DNA from: a virus
Lineage: Duplodnaviria; Heunggongvirae; Uroviricota; Caudoviricetes
Length of the DNA: 6,383 nucleotides
Virus record (IMG/VR): IMGVR_UViG_2778261541_000005
Direction: 5' to 3' (one strand)
A model generated the notes under the pieces. That model was given only the letters and a program-made list of their open reading frames with translations. It was not told where the DNA came from and searched no databases. Positions 6,104-6,383 of the stretch are shown here, in pieces. Within the stretch, counting starts at the first letter, position 1. Every line of letters begins with the position of its first letter. The position numbers were made by a program, and so were the translations under genes.

Positions 6104-6211
6104 TTAAAATTCCTCCAAAATATACGGATCAAACTCAAAGTCTGGCTCACTTGTCGTAAGGCTGACATTTCCCATTTCCGCATGATGATTGATTGCCTCA
6201 ATAACTTTCAT
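6104..6211 (-). CDS. possible small acidic ORF (35 aa), weakly supported
   Basis: ATG at 6211 to TAA at 6106-6104, one base before the ATG of gene 5824..6102. No convincing Shine-Dalgarno, so it may be non-coding leader. Confidence 0.2.
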   Translation of the reverse strand: MKVIEAINHHAEMGNVSLTTSEPDFEFDPYILEEF

Positions 6212-6383
6212 GCAAACGGTGTTTAGGTTAGCGCAATATTTATCGCTTGGTAGCTCATGGCTTAATCGGGTCGCTTGACGCTGAAGATAATTTGTTACTG
6301 TGCTTGAGCTAATATCATCAAGACTTCGGGTAGTGACTCCAACTTACTGATAGTGTTTTATGTTCAGATAATGCCCGATGACC

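Noticed and set aside
6102-6201. TTG start at 6201 (or ATG at 6183) for the ribbon-helix-helix-like gene
   Set aside because: The N-terminal extension is Trp/Arg-rich and unnatural-looking, and GGAGGA sits ideally before the ATG at 6102. The 6183 start cannot be fully excluded.
6318-6383. Partial minus-strand CDS at the right edge (possible recombinase C-terminus)
   Set aside because: Frames entering from the edge stop within 12 and 22 codons. The fragments have a GH and a later Tyr but not the spaced motif of tyrosine recombinases. Too short to call.
1-6383. CRISPR array, tandem direct repeats, retron or diversity-generating retroelement
   Set aside because: No regularly spaced direct repeats were found and no reverse transcriptase motif (YxDD) is present in any ORF; the inverted repeats are explained as local RNA or DNA structures.

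Overview
AT-rich, phage-like window (virulent phage or prophage; host not determinable), with almost all genes on the minus strand, strong GGAGG-type ribosome-binding sites and TAATG stop/start overlaps. Left half (311..3327): the end of a tail-morphogenesis module, a 688-aa tail tape measure protein followed after a 173-bp structured gap by a 258-aa tail protein (distal-tail-protein-like), closed by a bidirectional terminator and one small convergent plus-strand gene. Right half (3447..6211): small genes of unknown function, including two acidic proteins, a basic 67-aa protein, a 21-aa hydrophobic peptide ORF missing from the ORF track, and a tightly coupled three-gene operon (ribbon-helix-helix-like protein, degenerate HNH-like protein, 66-aa protein). 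The non-coding regions are unusually rich in structure: a 19-bp perfect inverted repeat plus an 11-bp anti-Shine-Dalgarno-like repeat ahead of gene 3675..4385, a near-consensus promoter, and an intrinsic terminator directly in front of the tape measure gene. No rRNA, tRNA, CRISPR array, integrase, transposase or reverse transcriptase was recognised. All functional calls are by-eye inference without database searches; the most interesting candidates are the small-gene operon, the hydrophobic peptide and the structured leader.
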